From assembly GCA_964544335.1 (NCBI GenBank), contig CAZJAJ010000002.1:3013-67012 (forward strand): 64,000 nucleotides of DNA, given 5' to 3'. Below, one piece after another: positions 39,237 through 49,268 of the stretch. Numbering within the stretch: the first letter of the stretch is position 1; the number at the start of each line of letters is the position of its first letter. The notes beneath the pieces were generated by a model. That model was not told where the DNA came from and did not search any database. It saw only the letters and a list, made by a program, of their open reading frames with translations. The DNA is from an uncultured Methanosarcinales archaeon. GTDB taxonomy: Archaea > Nanobdellota > Nanobdellia > Woesearchaeales > JABIAG01. The translations under genes were made by a program, and so were the position numbers.

Positions 39237-40182
39237 GTTCTTTATTTTCTTTAATTATTTTATATAATGTCTCTAGCAAAGAAAGATCTAATCCCTTCTC
39301 ATCCATGATCTGTTTTACAACAGCAATCGTGCTTACGCCTTCAACAGTCTTATGCTCTTCCTTTGCAAGTGCAAGAATCTCTTCAGTAGTTTTCCCCTGA
39401 CCTCGAAGATTACCAAACCATCGATTTCTAGAATTCCCATATGCGGTCGTGAGTACATCACCAAGCCAACAATATGTTGTTCCAAAAGTCTCTTTCTTAG
39501 CACCCATAGCAGTAGCAAATTCAGTAATCTCTTGTGCAAGTTTTACCACAACATATGCCTCTCCGCTTTTATTCATGCCAACGCCTTCACAAAGACCAGC
39601 ACCAATGGCAAGCACATTCTTCAAACTGCCAGATAATTCAACACCAATAAGATCATCACTAAATTCAATATCTAAACTCGTACCTGCAAACAATTCTGAA
39701 ATCACCTCTTGCTTTCCACTACATGCAACCGTTGCACCAACACGAACACCTTCAACAAGATCAGCAGCAATCATCCCACCACTAAAGGTAGCAATAGTCT
39801 GCTTACTAAAGAACTCTGCAAGAATCTGACTCATCGTCTCTTCGCTGCGCATCTCAATGCCCTTTGCAACATTCATTACAAGAGCATCCTCTTCAACATG
39901 CATATGAATCTGTTCAAGTGCCCCTCGCATAAACTGTGCAGGAACAGCAAGAATAACCACATCAGCACCAGCAAGTGCCTCTTCTTTATCAGTGGTAGGA
40001 ACAACATGATCTGCAATCACATGGTCCGTATGAAACACGGGATGTTTTCTTTTATTCACTAAATGTTCAATCCATTCACTATTAATATCATACACGCTCA
40101 TGGGAATGGTGTGTTGTTTATGAAGCACTAATGCAAGACTATGTCCAAATGCTCCAGCTCCAATAATTGCAATCTTTTTCAT
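39208..40182 (-). CDS. gpsA: NAD(P)H-dependent glycerol-3-phosphate dehydrogenase
   Basis: GAGAFG, AVPAQ, VAKGIE, GVELSGSLKNVLAIGAG, GDVLTT, SRN, VEG; start GTG 40191 or ATG 40182. Confidence 0.92.
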   Translation of the reverse strand: MKKIAIIGAGAFGHSLALVLHKQHTIPMSVYDINSEWIEHLVNKRKHPVFHTDHVIADHVVPTTDKEEALAGADVVILAVPAQFMRGALEQIHMHVEEDALVMNVAKGIEMRSEETMSQILAEFFSKQTIATFSGGMIAADLVEGVRVGATVACSGKQEVISELFAGTSLDIEFSDDLIGVELSGSLKNVLAIGAGLCEGVGMNKSGEAYVVVKLAQEITEFATAMGAKKETFGTTYCWLGDVLTTAYGNSRNRWFGNLRGQGKTTEEILALAKEEHKTVEGVSTIAVVKQIMDEKGLDLSLLETLYKIIKENKEPSSLHNYTA

Positions 40183-40298
40183 ATCAATCACTCACAAAAC
40201 TACATTTAAGTGTTTTACGCATAAAAGTAATATAAATCTACATTTTCCTAAAAATTATATAAGTTCTTTTTAAATCAACAATCCATTTTCTTACACTC

Positions 40299-40949
40299 AT
40301 GGGATTAGAAGAACTCATCCATGAAGTAAAGCACATAGAAACATGTCCTATTTGTAAACTATCGCATAAAAATCCAGGCGAGTGTTCAGTAAGAACTCCA
40401 AAAAAAGGGCCAAATGAAGGAAAAGAACTAAAGACTACTCTGATCTACAAAACAGGAGACAACCCAAACGAAGATTGGATGGTATATCTACAACCCACAA
40501 CACCTTCAGACCCAAAGCAAGGATTCAATCTTCAAGTAAGTCCAGTAGGACACCTTGAATCACAAGGGGAAGGATCTCCTTCAGTGAACTTCATTCTAAA
40601 CAAAGGACTAGCATTACATCTTGCAGAATACATCACACGACGATTTCATCAAGTAGATGGAAATAATCCCGGAATCATTTTGTATGGAAAAAGTAACACA
40701 CCTGAAAACACCCTCCCACACCTCCACTATAAAGTGACTCATTTTTCAGGAGATGTATCGCAGCCGTTCCCTACAGATTCGGGCTGGGAACAAAAGCAAA
40801 CACATGGCTCTTCAATTGACGCATATGTAAAAGGTGATCCAGTAAAAAAACGACTCCTGACACAGCAAAGATATGACCTCATAAAAGATCGTCTATTGCA
40901 GCTAACACACGAATACATATCTATTCTACAACAAAGTAATAGTCGTTAA
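40299..40949 (+). CDS. Hypothetical protein, possibly divergent HIT fold
   Basis: N-terminal CPIC, P.GH, TLPHLH. Confidence 0.55.
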   Translation: MGLEELIHEVKHIETCPICKLSHKNPGECSVRTPKKGPNEGKELKTTLIYKTGDNPNEDWMVYLQPTTPSDPKQGFNLQVSPVGHLESQGEGSPSVNFILNKGLALHLAEYITRRFHQVDGNNPGIILYGKSNTPENTLPHLHYKVTHFSGDVSQPFPTDSGWEQKQTHGSSIDAYVKGDPVKKRLLTQQRYDLIKDRLLQLTHEYISILQQSNSR

Positions 40950-40997
40950 ACTATCCCATTACACAATCTTTTTAAAGCACTTCTTGACCTAGCACTC

Positions 40998-41822
40998 ATG
41001 GTCAATTTCGATAAAGAATTTGAGAAAGGTCCAAAAACCTACGATCAACACGTAGGAAAATGGTGGAACGATAGGGCAAAAGATAAAGCCCACAAAGAAG
41101 CCTATGAGAATATTGCCAAATTTGCAAAACGTCATGTGAAACACGCAAAAGTTATTGTTGATTTTGCCTGTGGCGGTGGAGAAATTCTTGCAGAAGTAGC
41201 AAAACAATTTCCTAAATCATCCATCATTGGAATTGATGGATCTGAAAAATTTCTAGAATCTGCAAAACGAAGAGTAGACTCTCCAAACGCTCACTTTGTA
41301 CAATCATTCCTTCCTAACTTCTCACTACCAAAAGAAGAAGCAGACATGGTATTCTTCACCTTTCCAAACATTGTACCTGACCCAGACGAACAGCCATACT
41401 ATGATGAGCACGGCTATGAAGACCCAAAAGATGATCGCGTAGCAGACTACTTATCGCATGCAAGAGAAGATGATCCTGATGATGAAACTGTCCAAGATGA
41501 TCCAGAAGATCTCAAAGACACACTCCTATCAAACAAAGTCATCTCAAGAAATCTTAGGCAACTTGTAAAAAAAGGTGGCTATGTCATTCGTGTGGAATAC
41601 GCAAACGCACCACGAGATGAACTCACTCCTCTTGTAGAAGCACGAACGGCATTTGAAGAAGGATCTCTTGAAGTCATCAAAAATAAAAAACCAGTACAAC
41701 TCTTTGAAAAAGTAAAATCACAATTCTTTGAATCCGATGTCATTCTTGACGTCTATCACCAAACACAAGATGAAACAGATAAAGAAGGCGGGTATTTTAT
41801 CACCTTACTAAAAGCAATATAG
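40998..41822 (+). CDS. Class I SAM-dependent methyltransferase
   Basis: VDFACGGG motif I, IGIDGS motif II, LVKKGG. Confidence 0.85.
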   Translation: MVNFDKEFEKGPKTYDQHVGKWWNDRAKDKAHKEAYENIAKFAKRHVKHAKVIVDFACGGGEILAEVAKQFPKSSIIGIDGSEKFLESAKRRVDSPNAHFVQSFLPNFSLPKEEADMVFFTFPNIVPDPDEQPYYDEHGYEDPKDDRVADYLSHAREDDPDDETVQDDPEDLKDTLLSNKVISRNLRQLVKKGGYVIRVEYANAPRDELTPLVEARTAFEEGSLEVIKNKKPVQLFEKVKSQFFESDVILDVYHQTQDETDKEGGYFITLLKAI

Positions 41823-41836
41823 AAAAATAAAAACAC

Positions 41837-43294
41837 CTAATTCTCTTTAGGTGGTTCTTTTGTGTCTTCATCCTTAAAGGATAAACAATCATGCACTTTA
41901 TTGATCTTAAGAAAGTTAGTTACTCGTTCAGCACTATCTCGTGATGCTGCAATAACAAGGAGTTTATCTTCTTCCTTTACTCGACCATGCGTTTTTAATT
42001 GTTCAATAGAGAGTTTAATCATACTATCCGTATCCCCAATCTTATCAAGATGGTCAGTTCGAACACCATACGTAAGAGCAAGTCTTCTAAGCACTCTATC
42101 ATTAAAGCAAGGTGCATAAATTGGTAAATGTCCTCTAAATGCAGCAAGGATTCGTGCAGTCTCACCACTGTGTGATGGAACAAGAACTGCTTTAACATCA
42201 ATCTCTGCAGTCATACTAATTGCAGCCTTTGCAAAAAGAAGCTTTTGATTATCTTCTGCCTTTTGCTTCATAGCAAGATACTTGAATCGTGGTTTTTTTG
42301 CTTCAACATGCTTTGCAATAGTTGACATCGTTCGAACAGCTTCAACAGGGTATTCCCCATACGCAGTCTCGCCACTCAGCATAAGTGCATCAGTACCATC
42401 AAGAACAGCATTTGCAACATCACTTACCTCAGCACGTGTTGCACGTGGATTCTTAATCATACTATCAAGCATTTGCGTTGCAGTAATAACTGGTTTACCA
42501 CGAAGAACACATTTGTTAATCATTTCTTTTTGAGCAAGAGGAACTTCCTCTGCAGGAATCTCAACACCAAGGTCACCTCGTGCAACCATAATACCATATG
42601 CCTCATCAAGAATTTCGTCAACATTATCAACACCTTCTCTATTCTCAATCTTAGCAATAACTTTGATCTCTTCTCTAAGTTCTGCAGGAAGTTCATCCTT
42701 TACTGCAAGAACATCAGCTTTGCTTCTTACAAAACTGTGAGCAATAAAGTCAATATCATTCTCAGCACAGAACTTAATGTAGAGTTTATCCTTTTCAGTA
42801 AGGCTAGGAAGTTTAATACTTACATTAGGTACATTAACACTCTTGTTAGATTTAATGGAGCCAGAGTTTCGTGTCTTACACACAAGTACATCTCCTTCAT
42901 TTTTCTCAACAAAGAGTTCAAGTGAACCATCGTCAATAAGAATAATGCTTCCTTCAGGAACATCTTCTACAAAATTGTCATAATTTACATACACCAGATC
43001 TCTAGTGCTCGGTTCCTTACCACCCTTAATTCGAACTTCCTCATCACCTTGAACAGTGATTTCTTCTTCAAACTTAGTGGTTCTGATTTCAGGACCTTTA
43101 ATATCAACCAGAATAGCAAGCTTCTCAGAAGCAGCTCTAATATTTTCAACTACCTTGATGGTATCTTCAGGCATCTGGTGAGCAGTATTAATTCGTACGA
43201 CATCCATGCCGTTTTCTCTTAGTTTCTTAAGGAATTCGACATCGCAATTTCTATCTGAAATAGTTGCAACAATCTTAGTTTGCTTGTTTCTCAT
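41837..43294 (-). CDS. pyk: Pyruvate kinase
   Basis: TKIVATI, DIKGPEIRT, IAKIEN, MVARGDLGVE, TATQMLDSM, MLSGETA. Confidence 0.97.
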   Translation of the reverse strand: MRNKQTKIVATISDRNCDVEFLKKLRENGMDVVRINTAHQMPEDTIKVVENIRAASEKLAILVDIKGPEIRTTKFEEEITVQGDEEVRIKGGKEPSTRDLVYVNYDNFVEDVPEGSIILIDDGSLELFVEKNEGDVLVCKTRNSGSIKSNKSVNVPNVSIKLPSLTEKDKLYIKFCAENDIDFIAHSFVRSKADVLAVKDELPAELREEIKVIAKIENREGVDNVDEILDEAYGIMVARGDLGVEIPAEEVPLAQKEMINKCVLRGKPVITATQMLDSMIKNPRATRAEVSDVANAVLDGTDALMLSGETAYGEYPVEAVRTMSTIAKHVEAKKPRFKYLAMKQKAEDNQKLLFAKAAISMTAEIDVKAVLVPSHSGETARILAAFRGHLPIYAPCFNDRVLRRLALTYGVRTDHLDKIGDTDSMIKLSIEQLKTHGRVKEEDKLLVIAASRDSAERVTNFLKINKVHDCLSFKDEDTKEPPKEN

Positions 43295-43363
43295 AGTATT
43301 GCTTTCACATCGATGAACCTTTATAAAGCTATCTCCTGAAAATAGACGTTAGAGAAGTATATG

Positions 43364-43936
43364 CTACTTACCCGCTCCTCTAAGAATATCCTCTACCAAA
43401 GCAAAATCTGCCTCAAATTCTGCTCGTTTTGCAGGACTATTGCCATGATACAAAAGCACTGCCGGATGCTGCATGGGAATAATCATCATCCCGTCCTTCT
43501 CATAGCTCTTCCCTCTAAGTGTCGTAATCCCTTCCTTGGTATCAAGCATATATTTAGTTGCAAAATTACCTAGCGTAATCACCACTTTTGGAGCAAGTAA
43601 TGAAATTGTTTCATCCAAACGATCCCTACACTGTGCAAGTTCATTCTTATTAGGGTCTCTATTATTTGGAGGTCGACATAATACGGTATTCGTAATGAAC
43701 ACCTCATCTCGAGAAAGTCCAATAGCATCTAAGAACCCATTAAGCACCTGTCCAGAACGACCAACAAACGGAATGCCCTGCTCATCCTCATTCTTTCCAG
43801 GAGCTTCTCCAATTATGACCACCTTACACCTATCAGGATCCCCACTCCCAAACACCACCTGAGAACGACATTCCACTAGCGCAGGACACCGAGTACAAGA
43901 AGAGTACTGCTCCTTGAGCACATCAAGTTCTTTCAT
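43364..43936 (-). CDS. udg: Uracil-DNA glycosylase family 4
   Basis: CxxC, GEAPG..ED..G.PFVG, CRPP.NR.P, HPA. Confidence 0.93.
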   Translation of the reverse strand: MKELDVLKEQYSSCTRCPALVECRSQVVFGSGDPDRCKVVIIGEAPGKNEDEQGIPFVGRSGQVLNGFLDAIGLSRDEVFITNTVLCRPPNNRDPNKNELAQCRDRLDETISLLAPKVVITLGNFATKYMLDTKEGITTLRGKSYEKDGMMIIPMQHPAVLLYHGNSPAKRAEFEADFALVEDILRGAGK

Positions 43937-43951
43937 GTTATAAAATACCGT

Positions 43952-44335
43952 TTAAGATTTATAAGAATTGTGAATAATCCTATCTGTTCCCACAATATAT
44001 GTCTCTACAAAAGGATCATGAAGCGGGTGGTTTTGATCAAGCATGTGTAAATTGCTTCGTTCTTCATTAAGTACAAGTCTACCTTCTTCAAATCTAATCT
44101 GTTCTCTAGGGGTAACATAGATCAAAACATGCCCTAGATCATTCATGACGTAACTCACAAAAGCCGCATCTCCTTTTTTGGAAAAACCATGGAAAAACGC
44201 ACACATTTCATCATAAAATAATTCAGGATCTTCTTTTGATTCAACAATAAGTTCAACCAAATCAAATCGTTGCAATCTATCCAATTCTTCTTTAGAATGA
44301 ATACCTGTGTGTTTTACTAGTCCAATAAATGACAT
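43952..44335 (-). CDS. Hypothetical protein
   Basis: 127-aa ORF filling an intergenic gap, with an upstream TTTATAA; no motif recognised. Confidence 0.55.
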   Translation of the reverse strand: MSFIGLVKHTGIHSKEELDRLQRFDLVELIVESKEDPELFYDEMCAFFHGFSKKGDAAFVSYVMNDLGHVLIYVTPREQIRFEEGRLVLNEERSNLHMLDQNHPLHDPFVETYIVGTDRIIHNSYKS

Positions 44336-44376
44336 AAAAAGAAAAGAATGAATGACGTGTTATAAAGATATGGTCT

Positions 44377-45129
44377 CTATTTCTTCACCACATAAAAGAT
44401 CTCATTCTCAGTTACAAATACTTCAAAATCAAACCCTAACCGCTCAATCATCCGCTCAAACCATCCACGTTTAGGATAGCGCATGGGATTTCCAGAAAGA
44501 GTCACAGTAGGAAACGAAACCACAATCCATTTTGCATCAATAGAAGAAATAATTTTCTCACTAATTTTATGATGTCCTACTTGCTCAACACTATCAAGAA
44601 ATGCAAACAGAAAATACATGTCTGCTTTAGGAAAAGAGTCCATAGAAAGCACATCTCTACAAACAACCTCTCCCTTCACGCCCTTATCAGAAAAATATTT
44701 CTTCACTTCATCAATTTGTTTGCAATTAATATCAATCGCATCATACACTACATCAAAACCAATCTCATCATACTGCAGTGGATTAAGACCACACCCTAAA
44801 TCAACAATGTGCTTCACCTTTCCCGTATGAGAAAAAATCCTCTCATACACAGAGTAATCACGAATACGCGTAGAATGATGTCCTTCTTTTTTAGATGCTT
44901 TTGCAAACACACCAACACCCTGATACAAAGACTTTTTCACGTCTTTAACAATCCCATCTAAAACTTTTTTCTTATCAAGTTCTTCAATGAGTTTAGAATG
45001 ATTAGTCAGATACTTTTTGAGTTCTTTAGCAACAAGTTCCTCTCCAATTTCAGCATACTTTCCTGTTCGAATAAGACCTACAAGCTCTCCAAAACGTTCA
45101 TCAGAAATAGTGTGCTTGTATATTTTCAT
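44377..45129 (-). CDS. ArmA/RmtB (FmrO)-like 16S rRNA guanine-N7 methyltransferase homolog
   Basis: HHSTRIR, DLGCGLNPL, VVSFPT and C-terminal NEIFYVVKK match the Arm/Rmt family pattern. Confidence 0.8.
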   Translation of the reverse strand: MKIYKHTISDERFGELVGLIRTGKYAEIGEELVAKELKKYLTNHSKLIEELDKKKVLDGIVKDVKKSLYQGVGVFAKASKKEGHHSTRIRDYSVYERIFSHTGKVKHIVDLGCGLNPLQYDEIGFDVVYDAIDINCKQIDEVKKYFSDKGVKGEVVCRDVLSMDSFPKADMYFLFAFLDSVEQVGHHKISEKIISSIDAKWIVVSFPTVTLSGNPMRYPKRGWFERMIERLGFDFEVFVTENEIFYVVKK

Positions 45130-45788
45130 TTTTTCTTTATAACAATCATCACGTGATCTTTCTCAAAAGGTTCAAGTGATCTAAAATCAACAATCGTAAA
45201 TTCTTTCTCAATCTGTTCTCGAATTTCTTTAAACACTTGTTTTGGTCGTTTCTTAATATCAACCGATCGTGCCTTAACAGAAAGCATACCAAATCCACCT
45301 TTCTTCAAATAGGTATGTACATTCTTAATGAAGATGTCTGCTTGATTTCGCTGTGCAACATCTTGGAATACCACATCAACTTCTTTTGGAACCTTTCCTG
45401 CAAAGTCTTCAATCTTTCCTGCATCAGCAAAAATAGGAGCAAGATTTACTCTATCAGCACACAAGAATACAAAATCCATCATAGGTCTATATGCAAAATC
45501 AAGACCAAAGACCATTCCATCCTTGCCAATAATATCGCTCACATGAGATGCAGTAGTACCATTAGAAACGCCAAGGTATAACACGCTGCTTCCTTCACGA
45601 ATGAAAATATCATTAATTCCCTGTTTGATGTATGCACCAATCTTAGAACGCCTTGGATTCCACTCTCGATACTCAATACCACCACGATGTACAAGATCTT
45701 CATCATACACACGCTTACCAGGAGTCATGTTTTGTGTAAAGATCTTTCCTTTCTCTTCAAACACTCCAAATATCTTAAGCGGTTTCAT
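45126..45788 (-). CDS. flpA: Fibrillarin-like rRNA/tRNA 2'-O-methyltransferase
   Basis: YREWNPRRSK, VLYLG..NGTT.SH.SDI, DVAQ..Q, KARSVD, LEPFEKDH. Confidence 0.96.
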   Translation of the reverse strand: MKPLKIFGVFEEKGKIFTQNMTPGKRVYDEDLVHRGGIEYREWNPRRSKIGAYIKQGINDIFIREGSSVLYLGVSNGTTASHVSDIIGKDGMVFGLDFAYRPMMDFVFLCADRVNLAPIFADAGKIEDFAGKVPKEVDVVFQDVAQRNQADIFIKNVHTYLKKGGFGMLSVKARSVDIKKRPKQVFKEIREQIEKEFTIVDFRSLEPFEKDHVMIVIKKK

Positions 45789-46474
45789 CGAAGTGACTCC
45801 TTGAGTTTATCTCCAACAAACTCTCCTTTGAAATAATCAACCTTTACTGCAAGCGCAAGTTTATCAGCAAGCGATCGAGCATGCTTTGCTTTATCCTCAG
45901 CTTCTGCAACATACGGATGTGAGAGCAATAACCCATACTTAGGGGGTTTTGCACCTGATCGTAAATGTCTAAATAATGCTTTTTCAGCACCCAGTGTTTG
46001 AATAGTGCTCCCTGGCATTTCCATAAGATTCTTACTACTTCCAGCAATACGAAGAAGTTTGCCAGCAAGTAGTCCACCAATCAATGAACACATGTTGGGA
46101 AACTCTCTCTCCATAATGCCTTCAAGTTTGCCCACTTGTTCATCTCGAACGACATACAGATGCTCAAGTTCTGATCGAAGTACTCTAAGAGAAGCAAGAT
46201 CTTCATCAGAAAATACTTGTCCCATGCTTTTTTCATCACGTTCAAATGATGCAGATTCCTTAACAAACGTTCTATGGTCAGCGTGCTTTCGTGAAAGTTC
46301 AGGAGAATAGAGTTCAAACCAATCTCTATATCGTTTTACCAATTTATTCAAAATACCATCAAGATCTTCAATGTGTGCAACAAGTTGGATTGCAAACTGA
46401 TCTATACCAATACTTGCAGAAATATCCTTCTTTGCTGCTACAATGTCTTTTTCTCGAAGATCTTGAAAATTCAT
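45785..46474 (-). CDS. nop5: Box C/D sRNP core protein Nop5 (short form, 229 aa)
   Basis: DWF.LY.PEL, PN, PGSTIQTLGAEKALFRHL, PPKYG; likely start ATG 46474 with TTTATAAA ~22 nt upstream. Confidence 0.92.
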   Translation of the reverse strand: MNFQDLREKDIVAAKKDISASIGIDQFAIQLVAHIEDLDGILNKLVKRYRDWFELYSPELSRKHADHRTFVKESASFERDEKSMGQVFSDEDLASLRVLRSELEHLYVVRDEQVGKLEGIMEREFPNMCSLIGGLLAGKLLRIAGSSKNLMEMPGSTIQTLGAEKALFRHLRSGAKPPKYGLLLSHPYVAEAEDKAKHARSLADKLALAVKVDYFKGEFVGDKLKESLR

Positions 46475-46517
46475 ACGTAAAGTACATCCGTGAGATTTAT
46501 AAAACTTCCTCAAGAAT

Positions 46518-49193
46518 TCACGCCGTAGCACGCTTCTTTTTAGCAATAGGTCGTGCAAAGAATTTACTCATTTCCATCACAATAAAGCCAAGGGAACTCA
46601 TTGCAAGAATACCAAGCCAATCCATCACACTAAGGCCAACAGTTTCAAACACCACTTGCAGTACAGGAACATACAATACAGCAAACTGCAGTGCAATGCT
46701 ACTTACCACACTCAAGAATAACCACTTATTATTAAACAAGTTCAAGTGCTTAAATGGCTGTAATGATCGACTGCCAAGTACCGCAAACATCTCAAACATC
46801 ACAAGTGTAGTAAATGCAACTGTTCGTGCATAATTAAGACCTTCATCCATGTACATGTAGAACATAAATAGTGTTCCAGCACCCATAATAAGACCAAACA
46901 ATGCAATAGTCAAAAACATATCTCTTTGCAAAGGTTTTTCTCTAGGGTCTCGTGGTGGCCGTTGCATAATATCATCATCAGCTTGCTCTGTAGTAAGACC
47001 AAGTGCAGGAAGACCATCAGTAAGTAAATTCATCAGTAGTATCTGCAAAGGAATCATAGGGAGTGGAAACTTAAGTAAAATCGCCATGAACACAGAAACA
47101 ATCTCTCCTGCATTACAAGAAAGTAAGTAGCGTGTTGATTTGAGAATTTTATCATAAATATTACGTCCTTCATGAATCCCATTAACAATAGTCGTAAAGT
47201 TATCATCAACCAGAATACCCTTTGCAACTTCTTTTGCAACATCAGTTCCAGTAATACCCATACTAATTCCAATGTCTGCTTTCTTAATAGCAGGAGCATC
47301 ATTCACACCATCACCCGTCATAGCAACAATGTGTCCCTTTTTCTTGAGTGCCTCAACAACACGAAGCTTTTGAATAGGAAGTGCCCGCGCAATAATACGA
47401 ATCTTCTCAATCTTTCGAGCAAGTTCTCTATCGCTCATTTTTTCCACATCAGCACCGGTAATTACCAAATCACCTTTTTGCATAAGACCAATTTTCTCCG
47501 CAATAGCTTGCGTAGTAAGTGCGTGATCGCCCGTAATAATCATCACACGAATACCTGCAGTAGTACACTTCTCAACTGCTTCCTTAACGCCCTCTTTTGG
47601 TGGATCAATCATTCCTGCAAGTCCAACAAAGATAAGATCCTTCTCAACGGTCTTAACAATATGTTCTTCTTTAGCACCAACCGGTCGATACGCAAGACCA
47701 AGAACACGAAGTGCCTTAGTAGCATACGCTTTATTCTTTGCAAGAATTTTTTTCTTATCAGAAGCAGTAATCTTCCTCACTTTTCCATTAATCTCAATTT
47801 TAGTACATTCCTTAAGAATTAAATCAGGAGCACCCTTTACAAATGCAAGTTTTTGCTTTTTCTCCTTTACAATAACCGTCATTCGTTTACGATCAGAATC
47901 AAACGGAAGCTCTTCAACTATCTTATATCTGCGTTCAAGTGCTGCATCTTTAACCCCTGCCTTTCGTGCAAGCACCAGTAAACTCCCTTCAGTGGGATCT
48001 CCAAGAATTTTCCACCTTCCTTTTTCTTTCTCAAGCGAGGCATTATTACACAGCTTTCCAATATGCAAGAAACGTTCCATTGATGAACTAGCATATTTCT
48101 TTCCATCAACACTACACTCACCCTTGATATCATATCCCGTCCCAGAAACATCAACATCCACGCCATTCGTGTACACATGAGTAATAGTCATCTCATTCTT
48201 TGTGAGTGTCCCTGTTTTATCACTACAAATAACCGTAGCACTTCCAAGGCTTTCGGTTGCAGGAAGACTCTTAATGATCATATTTTTCTTCGCAAGTGTT
48301 TTAGCACCCATGGATAGACCAATCGTCACAATCGCTGGAAGCGAACTTGGAACAGCAGCAACAGCAAGACTCAGTGAAAAGATTATGAGTTCATTAACAC
48401 TACCACCACGCATAACGCCTGCAACAAATACAATGGCAATGAGTGCCATAACCACATAGCCTATCTGTTTGGACATCTTTTCAAACTTCACTTGCAAAGG
48501 AGTTCTAGCTTCCTTAGTGGTTTGCAGTGATGTTGCAATCTTTCCCAGTTCAGTTTCCATCCCTGTTCTCACAATAAGTGCGACACCCTTACCATAGGTT
48601 ACATTGCTTCCCATAAACACCATATTGAGTTGATCAGAAATACCAACACCTTCTTTGAGTGCATCAATAAACTTCTTAGGTGGAACACTCTCTCCAGTAA
48701 GTGATGCCTCATTTACTTGAAGCGTATGTGCTTCAATAAGCCGAGCATCAGCAGGAACAATATCTCCTTCCTCTAAAATAATAATATCTCCTGGAACCAG
48801 TTCACTTGCAGGAACACGTGTATGCCGTCCATTTCGAACAACTCGCGCAGTTGGAGCGGCAATATTCTTCAATGCTTCAATCGCCTTTTCTGCTCTATAT
48901 TCTTGTATAAATCCAAGACCTGCAGAAAGCAGTACAATAGCAAACATCGCAGCCGCATCAATATACTCATGTAAGAATAAACTCAGTAGCGTAGCACCAA
49001 GCAGTAAGATGATAAGAAAATCCTTAAATTGCCGAAAAAAAATAGTAAACGCAGAAGGTCCACCCTCTGTTTCTAGCTGATTGTGCCCATACGTCTCAAG
49101 CCGCTTCTTTGCTTCTGTTTGCATAAGACCCGTTCGCTTAGATTTTAGTTCTTTAAGAGCAGCATCACCAGATAGCGCATAGTATTCAGCCAT
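46518..49193 (-). CDS. P-type cation-transporting ATPase (type IIA-like)
   Basis: LTGES, CSDKTGTLT, KGAP, MIDPP, TGD, GDGVNDAP; M4 reads PSSLP; likely start ATG 49193. Confidence 0.93.
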   Translation of the reverse strand: MAEYYALSGDAALKELKSKRTGLMQTEAKKRLETYGHNQLETEGGPSAFTIFFRQFKDFLIILLLGATLLSLFLHEYIDAAAMFAIVLLSAGLGFIQEYRAEKAIEALKNIAAPTARVVRNGRHTRVPASELVPGDIIILEEGDIVPADARLIEAHTLQVNEASLTGESVPPKKFIDALKEGVGISDQLNMVFMGSNVTYGKGVALIVRTGMETELGKIATSLQTTKEARTPLQVKFEKMSKQIGYVVMALIAIVFVAGVMRGGSVNELIIFSLSLAVAAVPSSLPAIVTIGLSMGAKTLAKKNMIIKSLPATESLGSATVICSDKTGTLTKNEMTITHVYTNGVDVDVSGTGYDIKGECSVDGKKYASSSMERFLHIGKLCNNASLEKEKGRWKILGDPTEGSLLVLARKAGVKDAALERRYKIVEELPFDSDRKRMTVIVKEKKQKLAFVKGAPDLILKECTKIEINGKVRKITASDKKKILAKNKAYATKALRVLGLAYRPVGAKEEHIVKTVEKDLIFVGLAGMIDPPKEGVKEAVEKCTTAGIRVMIITGDHALTTQAIAEKIGLMQKGDLVITGADVEKMSDRELARKIEKIRIIARALPIQKLRVVEALKKKGHIVAMTGDGVNDAPAIKKADIGISMGITGTDVAKEVAKGILVDDNFTTIVNGIHEGRNIYDKILKSTRYLLSCNAGEIVSVFMAILLKFPLPMIPLQILLMNLLTDGLPALGLTTEQADDDIMQRPPRDPREKPLQRDMFLTIALFGLIMGAGTLFMFYMYMDEGLNYARTVAFTTLVMFEMFAVLGSRSLQPFKHLNLFNNKWLFLSVVSSIALQFAVLYVPVLQVVFETVGLSVMDWLGILAMSSLGFIVMEMSKFFARPIAKKKRATA

Positions 49194-49268
49194 GCACATT
49201 TCCTGTGAAATATCCTTATAAATGTTTGGTTGGGAAATATTAATATAGGTGGAAAAGAAAAAAGACCC

